Shown piece by piece: positions 46,638 to 56,056 of a DNA stretch of 64,000 bases. Location of the stretch: assembly GCA_029265075.1 (NCBI GenBank), contig JAJUJZ010000001.1:2013-66012 (forward strand), in the 5' to 3' direction. The position numbers and the translations under genes are program-made. Below the pieces are notes generated by a model. The model was given only the letters and a program-made list of their open reading frames with translations, was not told where the DNA came from and made no database searches. Position 1 is the stretch's first letter. Every line of letters starts with the position of its first letter. This DNA is from Gammaproteobacteria bacterium. Lineage in GTDB: Bacteria > Pseudomonadota > Gammaproteobacteria > Pseudomonadales > CAMLJR01.

Positions 46638-47201
46638 TCAGATTTCTGCGTTACCGGTCTGCGCAGCATCGGCTGCTGCGGGCGCTGCCACCAGCTCGAA
46701 AGACTGGCTGAGCAGCCGCTGACCGCGATAAACCACTGCGATCTCCCACGTTCCGGCTGCCAGCTCGCGCGGTTCACTGAGAATGTAATAAGCAGCATTG
46801 TAATACTGCCCGTCGCGGCCGCGCCGGGCGGCACTTTGCATGACGAAGCCGGTGCGGAGCTCACCACGATGATCAGGGATGGGCGGGTGCGAAATATGCA
46901 CCTCTACCGGAATCCATTCGCCGTTGCGCGTCAGATCGCTGATCGCGAAGCGCAGGCCGAATGCCTCGCCCAGTCGCACGGGCACGCGGTGACCGGCCTC
47001 GAGCAGCGCTGCTTCCACGACGCTCGAATAACCGGCCGTGGTCTCGGCAGCGAATTGTCGCTCTCGCAGCTTTTCGAGCCGGTAGCGACCCGATTCGATG
47101 ACACTGGCATAGATCGCGGGCTGCGCCAGCTGTGCAGCCGTGGCCGGCAGCGCCAGCACGATCAGGCCCGCCAGGGCGAGGCAGCGCAGTAGGGAACTCA
47201 C
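46638..47201 (-). CDS. Secreted hypothetical protein (possibly DUF3859-like), 187 aa from GTG 47201
   Basis: Signal peptide (V)SSLLRCLALAGLIVLALPATAAQ, then a beta-rich domain with a GEAFGLRF motif. GTGA-coupled to the rlmL stop. The family call is tentative. Confidence 0.6.
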   Translation of the reverse strand: MSSLLRCLALAGLIVLALPATAAQLAQPAIYASVIESGRYRLEKLRERQFAAETTAGYSSVVEAALLEAGHRVPVRLGEAFGLRFAISDLTRNGEWIPVEVHISHPPIPDHRGELRTGFVMQSAARRGRDGQYYNAAYYILSEPRELAAGTWEIAVVYRGQRLLSQSFELVAAPAAADAAQTGNAEI

Positions 47202-49393
47202 TGCCGCGCCTCGCGATGGCGAATGAACCAGCACTGGTGAATGTCGGTCGAGCGAGCAAAGTCGGGATCGAGCGACCAGCGGGTCACATCTTCTTCCGCA
47301 TACTCGGCAGCCAGCGCCGGATCAAGCTGAAAACGCCGTCGGTTGTTGGAGAAGATCAGCAGGCCGCCCGGCGCCAGCAGCCGCATGGCGTGGCTGATCA
47401 GAAAAGGATGATCGCGCTGTACATCGAACGTCTCCTCCATGCGTTTGGAATTGGAGAACGTCGGCGGATCGAGCAGGATCAGGTCAAAACTGTCACGGCA
47501 CGCTTCCAGCCAGCGCAGGCAGTCCGCCTGGACCAGATGGTGACGGGCTTCGCTCAGGCCGTTCAGTGCCAGGTTATGGCGTGCCCAGTCGAGGTAGGTG
47601 GCCGACATATCGACGCTGGTGGTGGTGCGCGCTCCTCCGAGACCGGCATGTACTGATGCTGTGGCTGTATAACAGAACAAATTAAGAAGCCGTTTGCCGC
47701 GCGCCAGCTCAGCGATTTTCAGCCGTACCGGCCGATGATCGAGAAACAGGCCGGTATCGAGATAATCATGCAGATTGACCAGCAGCCGCGCTGCACCCTC
47801 CTGCACCTCGATGAACTCGCCACGCTGACTGAGCCGCTCATACTGGCTGGTGCCTTTCTGGCGCCGCCGCTGTTTGACCACCACGCGCTCCGGCGCCACC
47901 GCCAGCGCCGCGGGAATTGCTGCCACCACCTCATCCAGCCGCGCGGCGGCTGACTCGGGATCAACACTAGCCGGCGGCGCATACTCCGCCACATGCACCC
48001 AGTCGGCGTAGCAGTCAACCGCGACGGCATATTCGGGCATGTCCGCATCGTAAACACGAAAGCAGCTCACCGCGTGCTGCCGGCGCCACTTTTCAAGCCG
48101 CTTCAGATTTTTGCGCAGCCGGTTGGCAAACATCGTGGCGCCGGGGCTCAGCGCGTTCTCGTCGCTGGCTGCGGCCGGCAGGCCGGCCGCTTCATCAGCC
48201 GGCGCCGAGCGGACAAAACGCTCCGGCTGCACATGAAACAGCAACAGCTGGCTCGGCAATGTACCGTTCCAGAACCGATACTGCTTATGGCTGCGCAACC
48301 CCATGGTTTTGCCCAGGTCAGGGTTGCCGGTAAACACAGCCGCTTCCCAGCCGACGAACTCCTCGCGCAGGCGTTCGCCGAGGTGGCGGTAGAGGCCGCG
48401 CAGACTCTGCTGCTCGCCGAGCCGTTCGCCATAAGGCGGGTTGGTAATCAGCAGCCCTGTGGGCAGATGGGTGTGCGTGGGCCGCGTCAGCTGTGCCAGC
48501 TCCTTGCGCAGCACCCGAATGCGTCGTGTCAGCCCGGCGCGCTCGATGTTCTCTTCGGCCGCGCGTACCGCCGCAGCGCTGGCATCATAGCCACGAATCT
48601 CCGGCCACTGCCGGTCGGCTGCACTGGCCCGACGGGTTCTGGCCTCTTCCTCAGTCAGCCGCCACAGTTTGTCGTCGTGGCCCAGCCAGTTGAGAAAACC
48701 CCAGCGCCGCGGCGCGAGAATCCCGGGCGCAATGTCCATTGCCATCAGCGCGCCTTCAATCAGCAACGTTCCCGACCCGCACAGCGGATCGAGCAGCGCG
48801 CCGCCGCGTGCAGCCATGCCCGGCCAGTCGGCGCGCAACAGCAGCGCCGCCGCGAGGTTCTCCTTGAGCGGCGCCAGCCCCCCCTCGAGACGATAACCGC
48901 GCCGGTGCAGGCTGCCGCCGCCCAGGTCGATTGCCGCTGCCACCCGGCCCTTGTGCAACTGCACATGCAGGCGCCAGTCCGGCCGGCGCAGATCCACCGA
49001 TGGCCGGCTGCCCACCCGCGCCTGCATGGCGTCGACCACGGCATCCTTGGCCCGCTGCGCACCGAACTGCGTGTTGCGAATGGCATCACTGGTGCCGGCG
49101 AAATCGACCACGAAGGTGGCGTGCTGTGAAAAGTGATCCGTCCAGTCGATAGCGCGCAGGCCATCGTAGAGCGCGTCCGCGCTCGGCGCTTCGAACTCAG
49201 TGAGTGAGAACAGGATGCGGTTGGCCAGCCGCGACCAGAGACAGCAGCGATAAGCCACGGCCAGCGATGCGGTGAAGCGGACACCAGCGGGTTGTTCCTT
49301 CCCGACCGTGGCACCAAGGCTGGTCAGCTCCTGCGCCAGCAGCCCTTCCAGACCTTTGGGGCAGGTAGCGAACAGCGGCAGCAAGGCAGTCAT
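47198..49393 (-). CDS. rlmL: Bifunctional 23S rRNA (G2445-N2)/(G2069-N7) methyltransferase RlmKL, 731 aa
   Basis: N-terminal THUMP plus two SAM-MTase domains (LLDPLCGSGTLLIE, NPPYGERLG, LNLFCYTATASV, DPPTFSNSK). rmf is divergent, as in E. coli. Confidence 0.92.
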   Translation of the reverse strand: MTALLPLFATCPKGLEGLLAQELTSLGATVGKEQPAGVRFTASLAVAYRCCLWSRLANRILFSLTEFEAPSADALYDGLRAIDWTDHFSQHATFVVDFAGTSDAIRNTQFGAQRAKDAVVDAMQARVGSRPSVDLRRPDWRLHVQLHKGRVAAAIDLGGGSLHRRGYRLEGGLAPLKENLAAALLLRADWPGMAARGGALLDPLCGSGTLLIEGALMAMDIAPGILAPRRWGFLNWLGHDDKLWRLTEEEARTRRASAADRQWPEIRGYDASAAAVRAAEENIERAGLTRRIRVLRKELAQLTRPTHTHLPTGLLITNPPYGERLGEQQSLRGLYRHLGERLREEFVGWEAAVFTGNPDLGKTMGLRSHKQYRFWNGTLPSQLLLFHVQPERFVRSAPADEAAGLPAAASDENALSPGATMFANRLRKNLKRLEKWRRQHAVSCFRVYDADMPEYAVAVDCYADWVHVAEYAPPASVDPESAAARLDEVVAAIPAALAVAPERVVVKQRRRQKGTSQYERLSQRGEFIEVQEGAARLLVNLHDYLDTGLFLDHRPVRLKIAELARGKRLLNLFCYTATASVHAGLGGARTTTSVDMSATYLDWARHNLALNGLSEARHHLVQADCLRWLEACRDSFDLILLDPPTFSNSKRMEETFDVQRDHPFLISHAMRLLAPGGLLIFSNNRRRFQLDPALAAEYAEEDVTRWSLDPDFARSTDIHQCWFIRHREARQ

Positions 49394-49661
49394 TAAGGAG
49401 GGCTCCCGGCACGTAAACGACAGCACGCCAGGCGGGCGTCGACGCGGCAGACCGTCTGCTTATAGCGAAACAGTCTGGTTAAAGACGATTTTAGTCACGA
49501 TTCGCAGTCGACCACCCTGGCCATATCTGGTTTGATTGGATGGCGGGTGACGACACGGTGGCGATTGTAACACCGGCCCAGGATGTCTCACAGCAGGCCA
49601 TGTCACCAGCCCCGCTTTCCCTCCATCGACTGATTACTGCATCCCATCGAGGTCAAAGTCT

Positions 49662-49865
49662 ATGAAAAGACAGAAGCGCGACATGCAGGAACGAGCTTAT
49701 CAACGAGGCTACCGTGCAGGGCTGGACGGCCGCACGCGGTCGACCTGTCCGCATGTGCACGGCCCGGCCCGCACCGAGTGGCTGCTCGGCTGGCACGAAG
49801 GCCGCCGCGATCACTGGGATGGGCTCAGCCTCGCTTCCGGCATGGAAAAAATGGCGCTCCGCTGA
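49662..49865 (+). CDS. rmf: Ribosome modulation factor
   Basis: 67 aa MKRQKRDMQERAYQRGYRAGLDGRTRSTCPH...WLLGWHEGR, the RMF signature. GAGG SD. Confidence 0.93.
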   Translation: MKRQKRDMQERAYQRGYRAGLDGRTRSTCPHVHGPARTEWLLGWHEGRRDHWDGLSLASGMEKMALR

Positions 49866-49883
49866 TTTTCTTTCCGACTCGAC

Positions 49884-49908
49884 AAGCCCGCCCTCGCGCG
49901 GGCTTTTT
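49884..49908 (+). terminator. Rho-independent terminator of rmf
   Basis: AAGCCCGC-cctcgc-GCGGGCTT followed by TTTAT, 19 nt after the rmf stop. Confidence 0.75.
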
Positions 49909-49992
49909 ATTAACCTACCCCTTTCGCCCGCATTACTTATCAGTAAGTTATCGCCTTATTTTAAGTGTTTGTTGAGGTTTTTCTCCTAACTC

Positions 49993-50021
49993 TTGCGAGC
50001 ACCCGAGCACGTCAGTAGACT
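49993..50021 (+). promoter_or_regulatory. Candidate sigma-70 promoter of the acidic lipoprotein gene
   Basis: TTGCGA (49993-49998), 17-bp spacer, TAGACT (50016-50021), about 80 nt upstream of ATG 50103. By inspection only. Confidence 0.35.
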
Positions 50022-50102
50022 CGACCCTGTTTTGTGGTATGCGGTTCAGCTGTCCGTAGAGTTTTCGTGCCCGTAACGGGTTCCGTCATGGAGAGAAACA
50101 AT

Positions 50103-50408
50103 ATGAAGAAGACATCACTGGTAATGACCGCTCTGTTTGCCGGCCTGGTTCTGGCTGGCTGCGACAATGGCGACAAGAGCGCCGAAGCAACGTTCGAAGA
50201 GGCTCAGCAAGCAGTGGAGAGCGCTGCTGAAGAGACGCGTGAAGCTGCCAGCGACGCCTGGGATGCAACCACAGACGCCTTTGACGACGCCGTTGATAAA
50301 GCCGATGAACTCACCGACGACGCTGCTGACGCGACTGACGAGGCGGCTGACGAGGTGCAGGAGGCCGCCGACGAAGCCGCCGACGAGGCTGAGGCTGCCG
50401 TCGAGTAA
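50103..50408 (+). CDS. Small highly acidic Ala/Asp/Glu-rich lipoprotein, 101 aa
   Basis: MKKTSLVMTALFAGLVLAGC lipobox with Asp at +2, GGAGAG SD 7 nt upstream. By my count the 82-aa mature part has 31 Asp+Glu, 25 Ala and 3 Lys/Arg. The ORF-track GTG at 50034 adds a non-signal extension. Confidence 0.8.
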   Translation: MKKTSLVMTALFAGLVLAGCDNGDKSAEATFEEAQQAVESAAEETREAASDAWDATTDAFDDAVDKADELTDDAADATDEAADEVQEAADEAADEAEAAVE

Positions 50409-50422
50409 GACGGCGCATACCG

Positions 50423-51295
50423 TCAGTCACTGACCGCTCTGCTGGCTGTCGCCTCGGCAATAGCCAGCAGACGCTCTGCCTCCTCAGCGTGCAACCGCTC
50501 CACCAGCCGACCATCCACAACTGTTACGCCTTTTCCCGCTGCCACGGCTTTCTGCCAGCCAGCCAGAATCCGCTCAGCCTCGGCAATTGCAGCCGCATCT
50601 GGCGCGAACACCTCGTTGGTGATCTCCAGCTGGCGCGGGTGAATCAGTGTCTTGCCATCGAACCCGAGTGCCCTGCCCTGCTCACAGGCGCGGCGCAGGC
50701 CTGCGTCATCGTCGAGCTGCATGAAAACGCCATCCAGCACTGCCACCCCTGCCACACGGGCCGCCAGCACCACCGCGCTCAGTGCGAACACCAGCCCCTG
50801 CCGCTCCGGCGTGGCCGGCACCCCCAGCGCCTTGGCCAGATCGGCCGTGCCCATCACCAAGGCACTCACGCGTGGATCGGCCAGTGCGATGGCCTGCGCC
50901 GCCGCGACCGCACGCGGCGTTTCAATCGTCGCCCAGATGGCTGCCTGTGAGCCGTACTCGTCCAGCAGCGCGGCCACCCGCAGCACATCGGCCGGGGACT
51001 CCACTTTAGGCAGACAGATCGCGTCCGGCGCTGCCGCCACGATCGCCGCCAGATCGTCGGCCATCCATTCGGTACCGACGCCATTGACCCGTACTATCCG
51101 CTCCCGCGGTTCGTAGCCACCCGCCCTGAGCGCGGCCACCAGCTGATCGCGCGCCAGCCCCTTCTGCTCTGGTGCGACGGCATCTTCCAGATCGAACAGC
51201 AGGCAGTCCGCCGGCAGCGTGCGCGCCTTTTCCAGCGCGCGCGCATTGGCACCCGAGACATACAGCACCGAACGGCGCAGGGTAAATGAGCTCAC
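50423..51295 (-). CDS. HpcH/HpaI aldolase / citrate lyase beta (CitE)-like CoA-ester lyase, 290 aa from GTG 51295
   Basis: LRRSVLYVSGANARALEKARTLPADCLLFDLEDAV... and ...ICLPKVESPADV are CitE-family features. GGGAG SD. The ORF-track start at 51442 would overlap pepN. Confidence 0.8.
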   Translation of the reverse strand: MSSFTLRRSVLYVSGANARALEKARTLPADCLLFDLEDAVAPEQKGLARDQLVAALRAGGYEPRERIVRVNGVGTEWMADDLAAIVAAAPDAICLPKVESPADVLRVAALLDEYGSQAAIWATIETPRAVAAAQAIALADPRVSALVMGTADLAKALGVPATPERQGLVFALSAVVLAARVAGVAVLDGVFMQLDDDAGLRRACEQGRALGFDGKTLIHPRQLEITNEVFAPDAAAIAEAERILAGWQKAVAAGKGVTVVDGRLVERLHAEEAERLLAIAEATASRAVSD

Positions 51296-51315
51296 AGACG
51301 ACTCCCTGTTCACTG

Positions 51316-53958
51316 TTAATCGACTGCCGCCAGACTCTTGACCACGACCTCGCAGACATCCCGCGACAGTGCAGGCTGCTGATCGACGCGGCGCAGGGCG
51401 GCAATCATCCGCTGCTGTGCGGCAGGCGGATATTTCTGCCATTTGGTGAGCGGCACCAGCAGGCGCGAGGCGATCTGCGGATTGAGGCGATCGAACGCTA
51501 TCACCTGATCCGCCAGAAATTCGTAGCCGGTGCCATCCTCAGCGTGGAAGTTGACTGCGTTCTGGCCGGCAAACGCACTGATGACACTGCGCACCTTGTT
51601 GGGATTGCGGATATCGAAGGCAGGATGCTGCATCAGCTCCCGCACGCGCGCCAGCGCACCAGGACGGGTGGCGGCCGCCTGCACCTGGAACCAGAGATTG
51701 ACTACCAGCGGTTCCGACTGCCAGCGCTCGTAGAACTGCGCCAGCGCCCGTTCGCGCTCGCTGCTGCGCTCACTGTTCACCAGCGCCACTAGTGCCGCCA
51801 GCGTTTCGGTCATGTTGTCGCTGGACTCGAACTGGCGCACGCAGGCCGCCACCGCTTCGTCACTCCCGGCTTTCATCAGGTAAGCAAGACAAATATTGTG
51901 CAGGCTGCGGCGCGCGATCTGCGCTGCTGTCGGCGCGTAGGGTTCGCTGCTCTCAGTGGCGCGCCAGACCTGCCACAACTCGCTGCTCAGTGCCTCCGCC
52001 AGCTGCGCTCGCGCCGCTTCACGGGCGGCGTGGATGGCGTGGACATCGGCCACTGTCGCATTTTCCGCGAGATAAGCCTCGCTCGGGAGCGTCAGCATCA
52101 GGGCCACCATCGCCGGATCAAGCCCGGGCGTGGTCAGCAACGCACGAAACGCCTCGACGATATCGGCAGCGAAGATCATCGGCCGCCCATCGCGATAGTT
52201 CGCCATCATCTCGGTGAGCGAGCGCTGTACCAGTAACTGGCATGCATCCCAGCGGCAGAAGCCGTCGGTATCGTTACCCATCAGGAACAGCAGCTGCTCG
52301 CGCGTATAGGGAAACTGCAGCCGCACCGGCGCCGAGAACCCGCGCAGCAAGCTGGGCACTGGCTCCTCCGCCACCCCCTCAAACACGATCTGTTGTTCTG
52401 CCTGAGTGATATCAATCACCCAGTCGGTCTGGCGCTGATCCCCCAGCCGGACTTGCAGGGGGCCATTCTGGCCCAGCAGCGCGACCGCGAACGGCAGATG
52501 AAATGGCAGTTTCTCCGGCTGGCCCGGTGTGGGCGGACAGTGCTGGCGAACGGTCAGGGTATAGCGCGCGGCCACCGCATCATACGCACCTGCCACCTCG
52601 AGCACAGGCGTTCCCGCCTGGCTGTACCAGCGCCGGAACTGCGTGAGGTCACGTCCACTCACCTCCTCCATTGCGCGCACGAAGTCGTCACAGGTGACTG
52701 CCTCTCCATCGTGCCGCTCGAAATAGAGATCGGTGCCGCGGCGGAACAGCTCAGACCCCAGCAGCGTGTGCAGCATCCGCACCACTTCAGCACCCTTTTC
52801 ATAAATCGTCAGGGTGTAGAAGTTGGAGATTTCCATGTAGCTGTCCGGCCGCACCGGATGTGCCATGGGGCCGGCATCCTCGGCGAACTGCTGGGTACGC
52901 AGCAGAGTGACATCCTCCACCCGTTTGACGGTGCGCGACCCCATATCGGCGGAGAACTCGGCATCACGGAATACGGTCAGTCCTTCTTTGAGGCTGAGCT
53001 GGAACCAGTCGCGGCAGGTGACACGGTTGCCCGACCAGTTGTGGAAATATTCGTGCGCGACCACCGACTCGACCCGCTGGAAGCCAGCGTCGGTGGTGGT
53101 TTCCGGGCGCGCCAGCACGCAGGAAGTATTGAAGATATTGAGGCTCTTGTTCTCCATTGCCCCCATGTTGAAATCGTCGACCGCGACGATGTTGAAAATG
53201 TCGAGGTCATATTCGCGGCCGTAGACTTCCTCGTCCCAGCGCATGGCATTTTTAAGCGAGACCATGGCGTGGTCGCACTTGTCGGCATCCTTCTCCTCCA
53301 CCCAGATGCGCAGCGCCACCTCCCGGCCGCTCATGGTGGTGAAGCGATCTTCAATGGCCGTCAGATCGCCTGCCACCAGCGCGAACAGGTAACTCGGCTT
53401 CGGGAAGGGATCATGCCAGGTCGCATAATGGCGATTGCCTTCGCAATTGCCCTGCGCCACGCAGTTGCCATTGGAGAGCAGTACCGGGTAGCGATCGCGA
53501 TCGGCTTCGAGGGTAACCGTGTAGGTCGCCATCACATCAGGCCGGTCAGGAAAGTAAGTGATCTTGCGGAAACCTTCAGCCTCGCACTGAGTGCAGAACA
53601 TGGTGCGCGACTTGTAGAGCCCTTCCAGTGAGGTGTTTTCCTGCGGCCTGATCAGTGTCTCAATCTCCAGCACGCACTCAGCCGGCAGCTTGTCCAGGAT
53701 CAGCTGCTCGGCATCCACCTGATACTCCGTGGCGTCAAGCCGGCGGCCGTCGAGGCTGACCTCCTGCAGCTCGAGCTCGACCCCGTTGAGTACCAGCGGC
53801 GCACCGGCCACGCCGGCCGGGTTGCGGCGCAACGCCAGCCGGGAGCCGACGCGGGTCTGCGCTTCGTCCAGCCGGAAATGGAGCTCGATGGTATCGACCA
53901 GGAAATCGGGAACGCGGTAATCACTGAGCCGGATCGTCCGCGGTTGCGCATCGCGCAT
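51316..53958 (-). CDS. pepN: Aminopeptidase N, 880 aa from ATG 53958
   Basis: GAMEN exopeptidase motif and zinc motif HEYFHNWSGNRVT...E. GAGGAG SD. Confidence 0.96.
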   Translation of the reverse strand: MRDAQPRTIRLSDYRVPDFLVDTIELHFRLDEAQTRVGSRLALRRNPAGVAGAPLVLNGVELELQEVSLDGRRLDATEYQVDAEQLILDKLPAECVLEIETLIRPQENTSLEGLYKSRTMFCTQCEAEGFRKITYFPDRPDVMATYTVTLEADRDRYPVLLSNGNCVAQGNCEGNRHYATWHDPFPKPSYLFALVAGDLTAIEDRFTTMSGREVALRIWVEEKDADKCDHAMVSLKNAMRWDEEVYGREYDLDIFNIVAVDDFNMGAMENKSLNIFNTSCVLARPETTTDAGFQRVESVVAHEYFHNWSGNRVTCRDWFQLSLKEGLTVFRDAEFSADMGSRTVKRVEDVTLLRTQQFAEDAGPMAHPVRPDSYMEISNFYTLTIYEKGAEVVRMLHTLLGSELFRRGTDLYFERHDGEAVTCDDFVRAMEEVSGRDLTQFRRWYSQAGTPVLEVAGAYDAVAARYTLTVRQHCPPTPGQPEKLPFHLPFAVALLGQNGPLQVRLGDQRQTDWVIDITQAEQQIVFEGVAEEPVPSLLRGFSAPVRLQFPYTREQLLFLMGNDTDGFCRWDACQLLVQRSLTEMMANYRDGRPMIFAADIVEAFRALLTTPGLDPAMVALMLTLPSEAYLAENATVADVHAIHAAREAARAQLAEALSSELWQVWRATESSEPYAPTAAQIARRSLHNICLAYLMKAGSDEAVAACVRQFESSDNMTETLAALVALVNSERSSERERALAQFYERWQSEPLVVNLWFQVQAAATRPGALARVRELMQHPAFDIRNPNKVRSVISAFAGQNAVNFHAEDGTGYEFLADQVIAFDRLNPQIASRLLVPLTKWQKYPPAAQQRMIAALRRVDQQPALSRDVCEVVVKSLAAVD

Positions 53959-54016
53959 GGTATTTCTCCTCAACTGTTCGTGCCCGCGCCCGTCACAAAA
54001 AGAGCGCGCCAGGGGG

Positions 54017-54922
54017 CTATTCGAGCGTCAGCTCCGCCTGTCCGGCCGGGGCCTGTTCGGGGGCGGCCGTGCCAGCGCCACTGAAGCTGACCTGATAAGC
54101 GCTGAACTTCCGCAGGTTGATGACGCCACTATCCAGCATCAGATACTGGCCCTTGATCCCCAGTAAAGTGCCTTCGATGCGCGGCTGCTTGCCAAAATCA
54201 AGCGAGGTGATTTTGGTCGGGTACTCCAGCACCGGGTAGGCGAAGGTCACCGCTTCGGCATCCTCCAGCGGCTGGATCGCCTGTAATCCGAAACGGCTGT
54301 GCAGCGCGTCCAGCTCAGGCTTGCAGGCAGCCAGCAGCCGCTCGCGCTCTGCGATAAGGTCGACCGGCTCGGCGGTGCCGCGCAGCATCGCCCGCCAGTT
54401 AGTGCGATCCGCAGCATGCTGCTTGATCGCCACCTCCACCAGCCCGGCCTGCTGCCGGGTCGCAACGGCGAGAATCGGCAGCGCCTGGGTGGCGCCCTGA
54501 TCCAGCCAGCGGGTGGGCAGCTGCGTGCGCCGGGTAATGCCGACTTTCAGGCCGGACGAGTTGGCCAGATAGACGATATGGGGCTGATGGCAGAACGCTT
54601 CGCCCCACTCGGGCTCGCGGCAGGTGCCCTGATCGTAGTGGCAGCGTTCGGGGCTGACGATGCAGGTATCACAGGCAGCGAGCTTCCGGAAACAGGGATA
54701 GCAGTAACCCTGATTGAACGACTTGCTGGTCTTGCGACCGCAGTGAACACAGTGGATGACGCCGTGAAAATCGAGGCTGATGCGCCGCCCCAGCCAGTCG
54801 TTGAGCAGCACCCGCTCCTCGCCGAGAACCAGGGTGTAGCGAACCGGATCAGCCGGCTCCACCAGCATCTTGCGCAGTCCGCCGGGCGCGACGGTAACCA
54901 TCGCCCCCATCAGTGAATCCAC
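54017..54922 (-). CDS. DUF2797-family protein with zinc-ribbon-like Cys cluster
   Basis: CVHCGRKTSKSFNQGYCYPCFRKLAACDTCIVSPERCHYDQGTC. Conserved neighbour of pepN and yeaC in pseudomonads (recollection). Confidence 0.75.
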   Translation of the reverse strand: MDSLMGAMVTVAPGGLRKMLVEPADPVRYTLVLGEERVLLNDWLGRRISLDFHGVIHCVHCGRKTSKSFNQGYCYPCFRKLAACDTCIVSPERCHYDQGTCREPEWGEAFCHQPHIVYLANSSGLKVGITRRTQLPTRWLDQGATQALPILAVATRQQAGLVEVAIKQHAADRTNWRAMLRGTAEPVDLIAERERLLAACKPELDALHSRFGLQAIQPLEDAEAVTFAYPVLEYPTKITSLDFGKQPRIEGTLLGIKGQYLMLDSGVINLRKFSAYQVSFSGAGTAAPEQAPAGQAELTLE

Positions 54923-55188
54923 CGCACGTTATCCGGGGTATCCGACTGGTTCGGATGATGGTCGTCACCGCACATCTCGCCTTCGGCCTTGCTGCCGCGG
55001 TCGATATAACCCACCCGCTCCTCCTTCGGCACATGCCGCAGCTCATAGGCGATGACTGCCTGCATCACCAGCTCGCGCTGTTCCGGCGTGAGCCGGGTGC
55101 CGTCGGGCCAGCGTCCGATCTCTATCGCCGTTCTGAGGCGCTCATGCACCGCCGGCGTGATGTTGTCAATCAGATCAAGAAAATTCAC
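54910..55188 (-). CDS. yeaC: YeaC/DUF1315-family protein
   Basis: 92 aa MNFLDLIDNITPAVHERLRTAIEIGRWPDGTRLTPEQRE... closely parallels the E. coli YeaC N-terminus. Confidence 0.75.
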   Translation of the reverse strand: MNFLDLIDNITPAVHERLRTAIEIGRWPDGTRLTPEQRELVMQAVIAYELRHVPKEERVGYIDRGSKAEGEMCGDDHHPNQSDTPDNVRWIH

Positions 55189-55207
55189 GACTCCTCCTTT
55201 GGACGCG

Positions 55208-56056
55208 TCAGCGCTGCCTGCCAGTCAGCAGCGCGCCCCCGGCACCCAGTATCAGGCCCATGACCAGGCCACCGACGTGAGCGGCGTTAGCCACCGCACC
55301 CACGCCCAGAATTTCGGTGAAGCCCACCAGGCAGATCACCAGCCAGCCGAGCATGATAGCGAGTACCGGCGTCGGCACCAGCAACCGGGGATCGGGCTGC
55401 AGCCGCCCCCATGCCCAGCAATAACCCAGCAGTCCGTAAATGACACCGGACATGCCGCCAAAAACCGACACGCCGCCATATACAGCCTGAGCGATGTTGG
55501 AACCGATGCCGATCAGCAGCGTGATCCCCAGCAGGCGCCAGCCGCTCTGCACCAGCTCGACGCGGCGTCCCAGGTCCCACAGCCAGAGCATGTTGAAAGT
55601 GATATGCAGCAGACCGAAGTGCAGAAACACCGGCGTGAACAGCCGCCAGTACTGGTCGCCCGGCGCTCCGAACACCAGCCCGGTGCCGCGGTAATCGAAG
55701 GGAAAAAAGGTCAGCCAAGGCAGCCACTGCAGATTGCGATCGAGCGACGCCACCAGAAAGCCGGCGATACTCAGCAGGACCAGCGTGAAGGTCACCGGCA
55801 CCCGCCACCATGAGAGTCGCGGTGTGGCCGGGCGCGGCACGCGCAGCCGCAGCGGGCCCTCGGGCAGTGGCTCGCCATTGCGCCATTTCTCGTAAACGGC
55901 CTGCACCACTTCGGCCTGCTGCGGGGCTCGCACCCACAGCACCTGGCGGCCGCGAAACTCGGTGACGCGATGCGGCAGGCCGTGCTGCCAGAGGAACTCG
56001 CTCAGTGGCTGCAGATCCTCGTCAATGCTCACGTTGAGCGCTTCCACTTCAGCCAA
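55208..56056 (-). CDS. Rhomboid-family intramembrane serine protease (GlpG-like)
   Basis: 282 aa. Cytoplasmic N-domain plus 6 TM helices. Catalytic GGMSGVIYG (Ser) and AHVGGLVMG (His) motifs. TTG start. Confidence 0.85.
   Translation of the reverse strand: MAEVEALNVSIDEDLQPLSEFLWQHGLPHRVTEFRGRQVLWVRAPQQAEVVQAVYEKWRNGEPLPEGPLRLRVPRPATPRLSWWRVPVTFTLVLLSIAGFLVASLDRNLQWLPWLTFFPFDYRGTGLVFGAPGDQYWRLFTPVFLHFGLLHITFNMLWLWDLGRRVELVQSGWRLLGITLLIGIGSNIAQAVYGGVSVFGGMSGVIYGLLGYCWAWGRLQPDPRLLVPTPVLAIMLGWLVICLVGFTEILGVGAVANAAHVGGLVMGLILGAGGALLTGRQR

Noticed and set aside
50409-50424. Possible bidirectional terminator between the acidic lipoprotein gene and the convergent CitE-like gene
   Set aside because: There is only a 5-bp stem (GACGG…CCGTC) in a 14-bp gap, with no U-tracts. 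The evidence is too weak to call.
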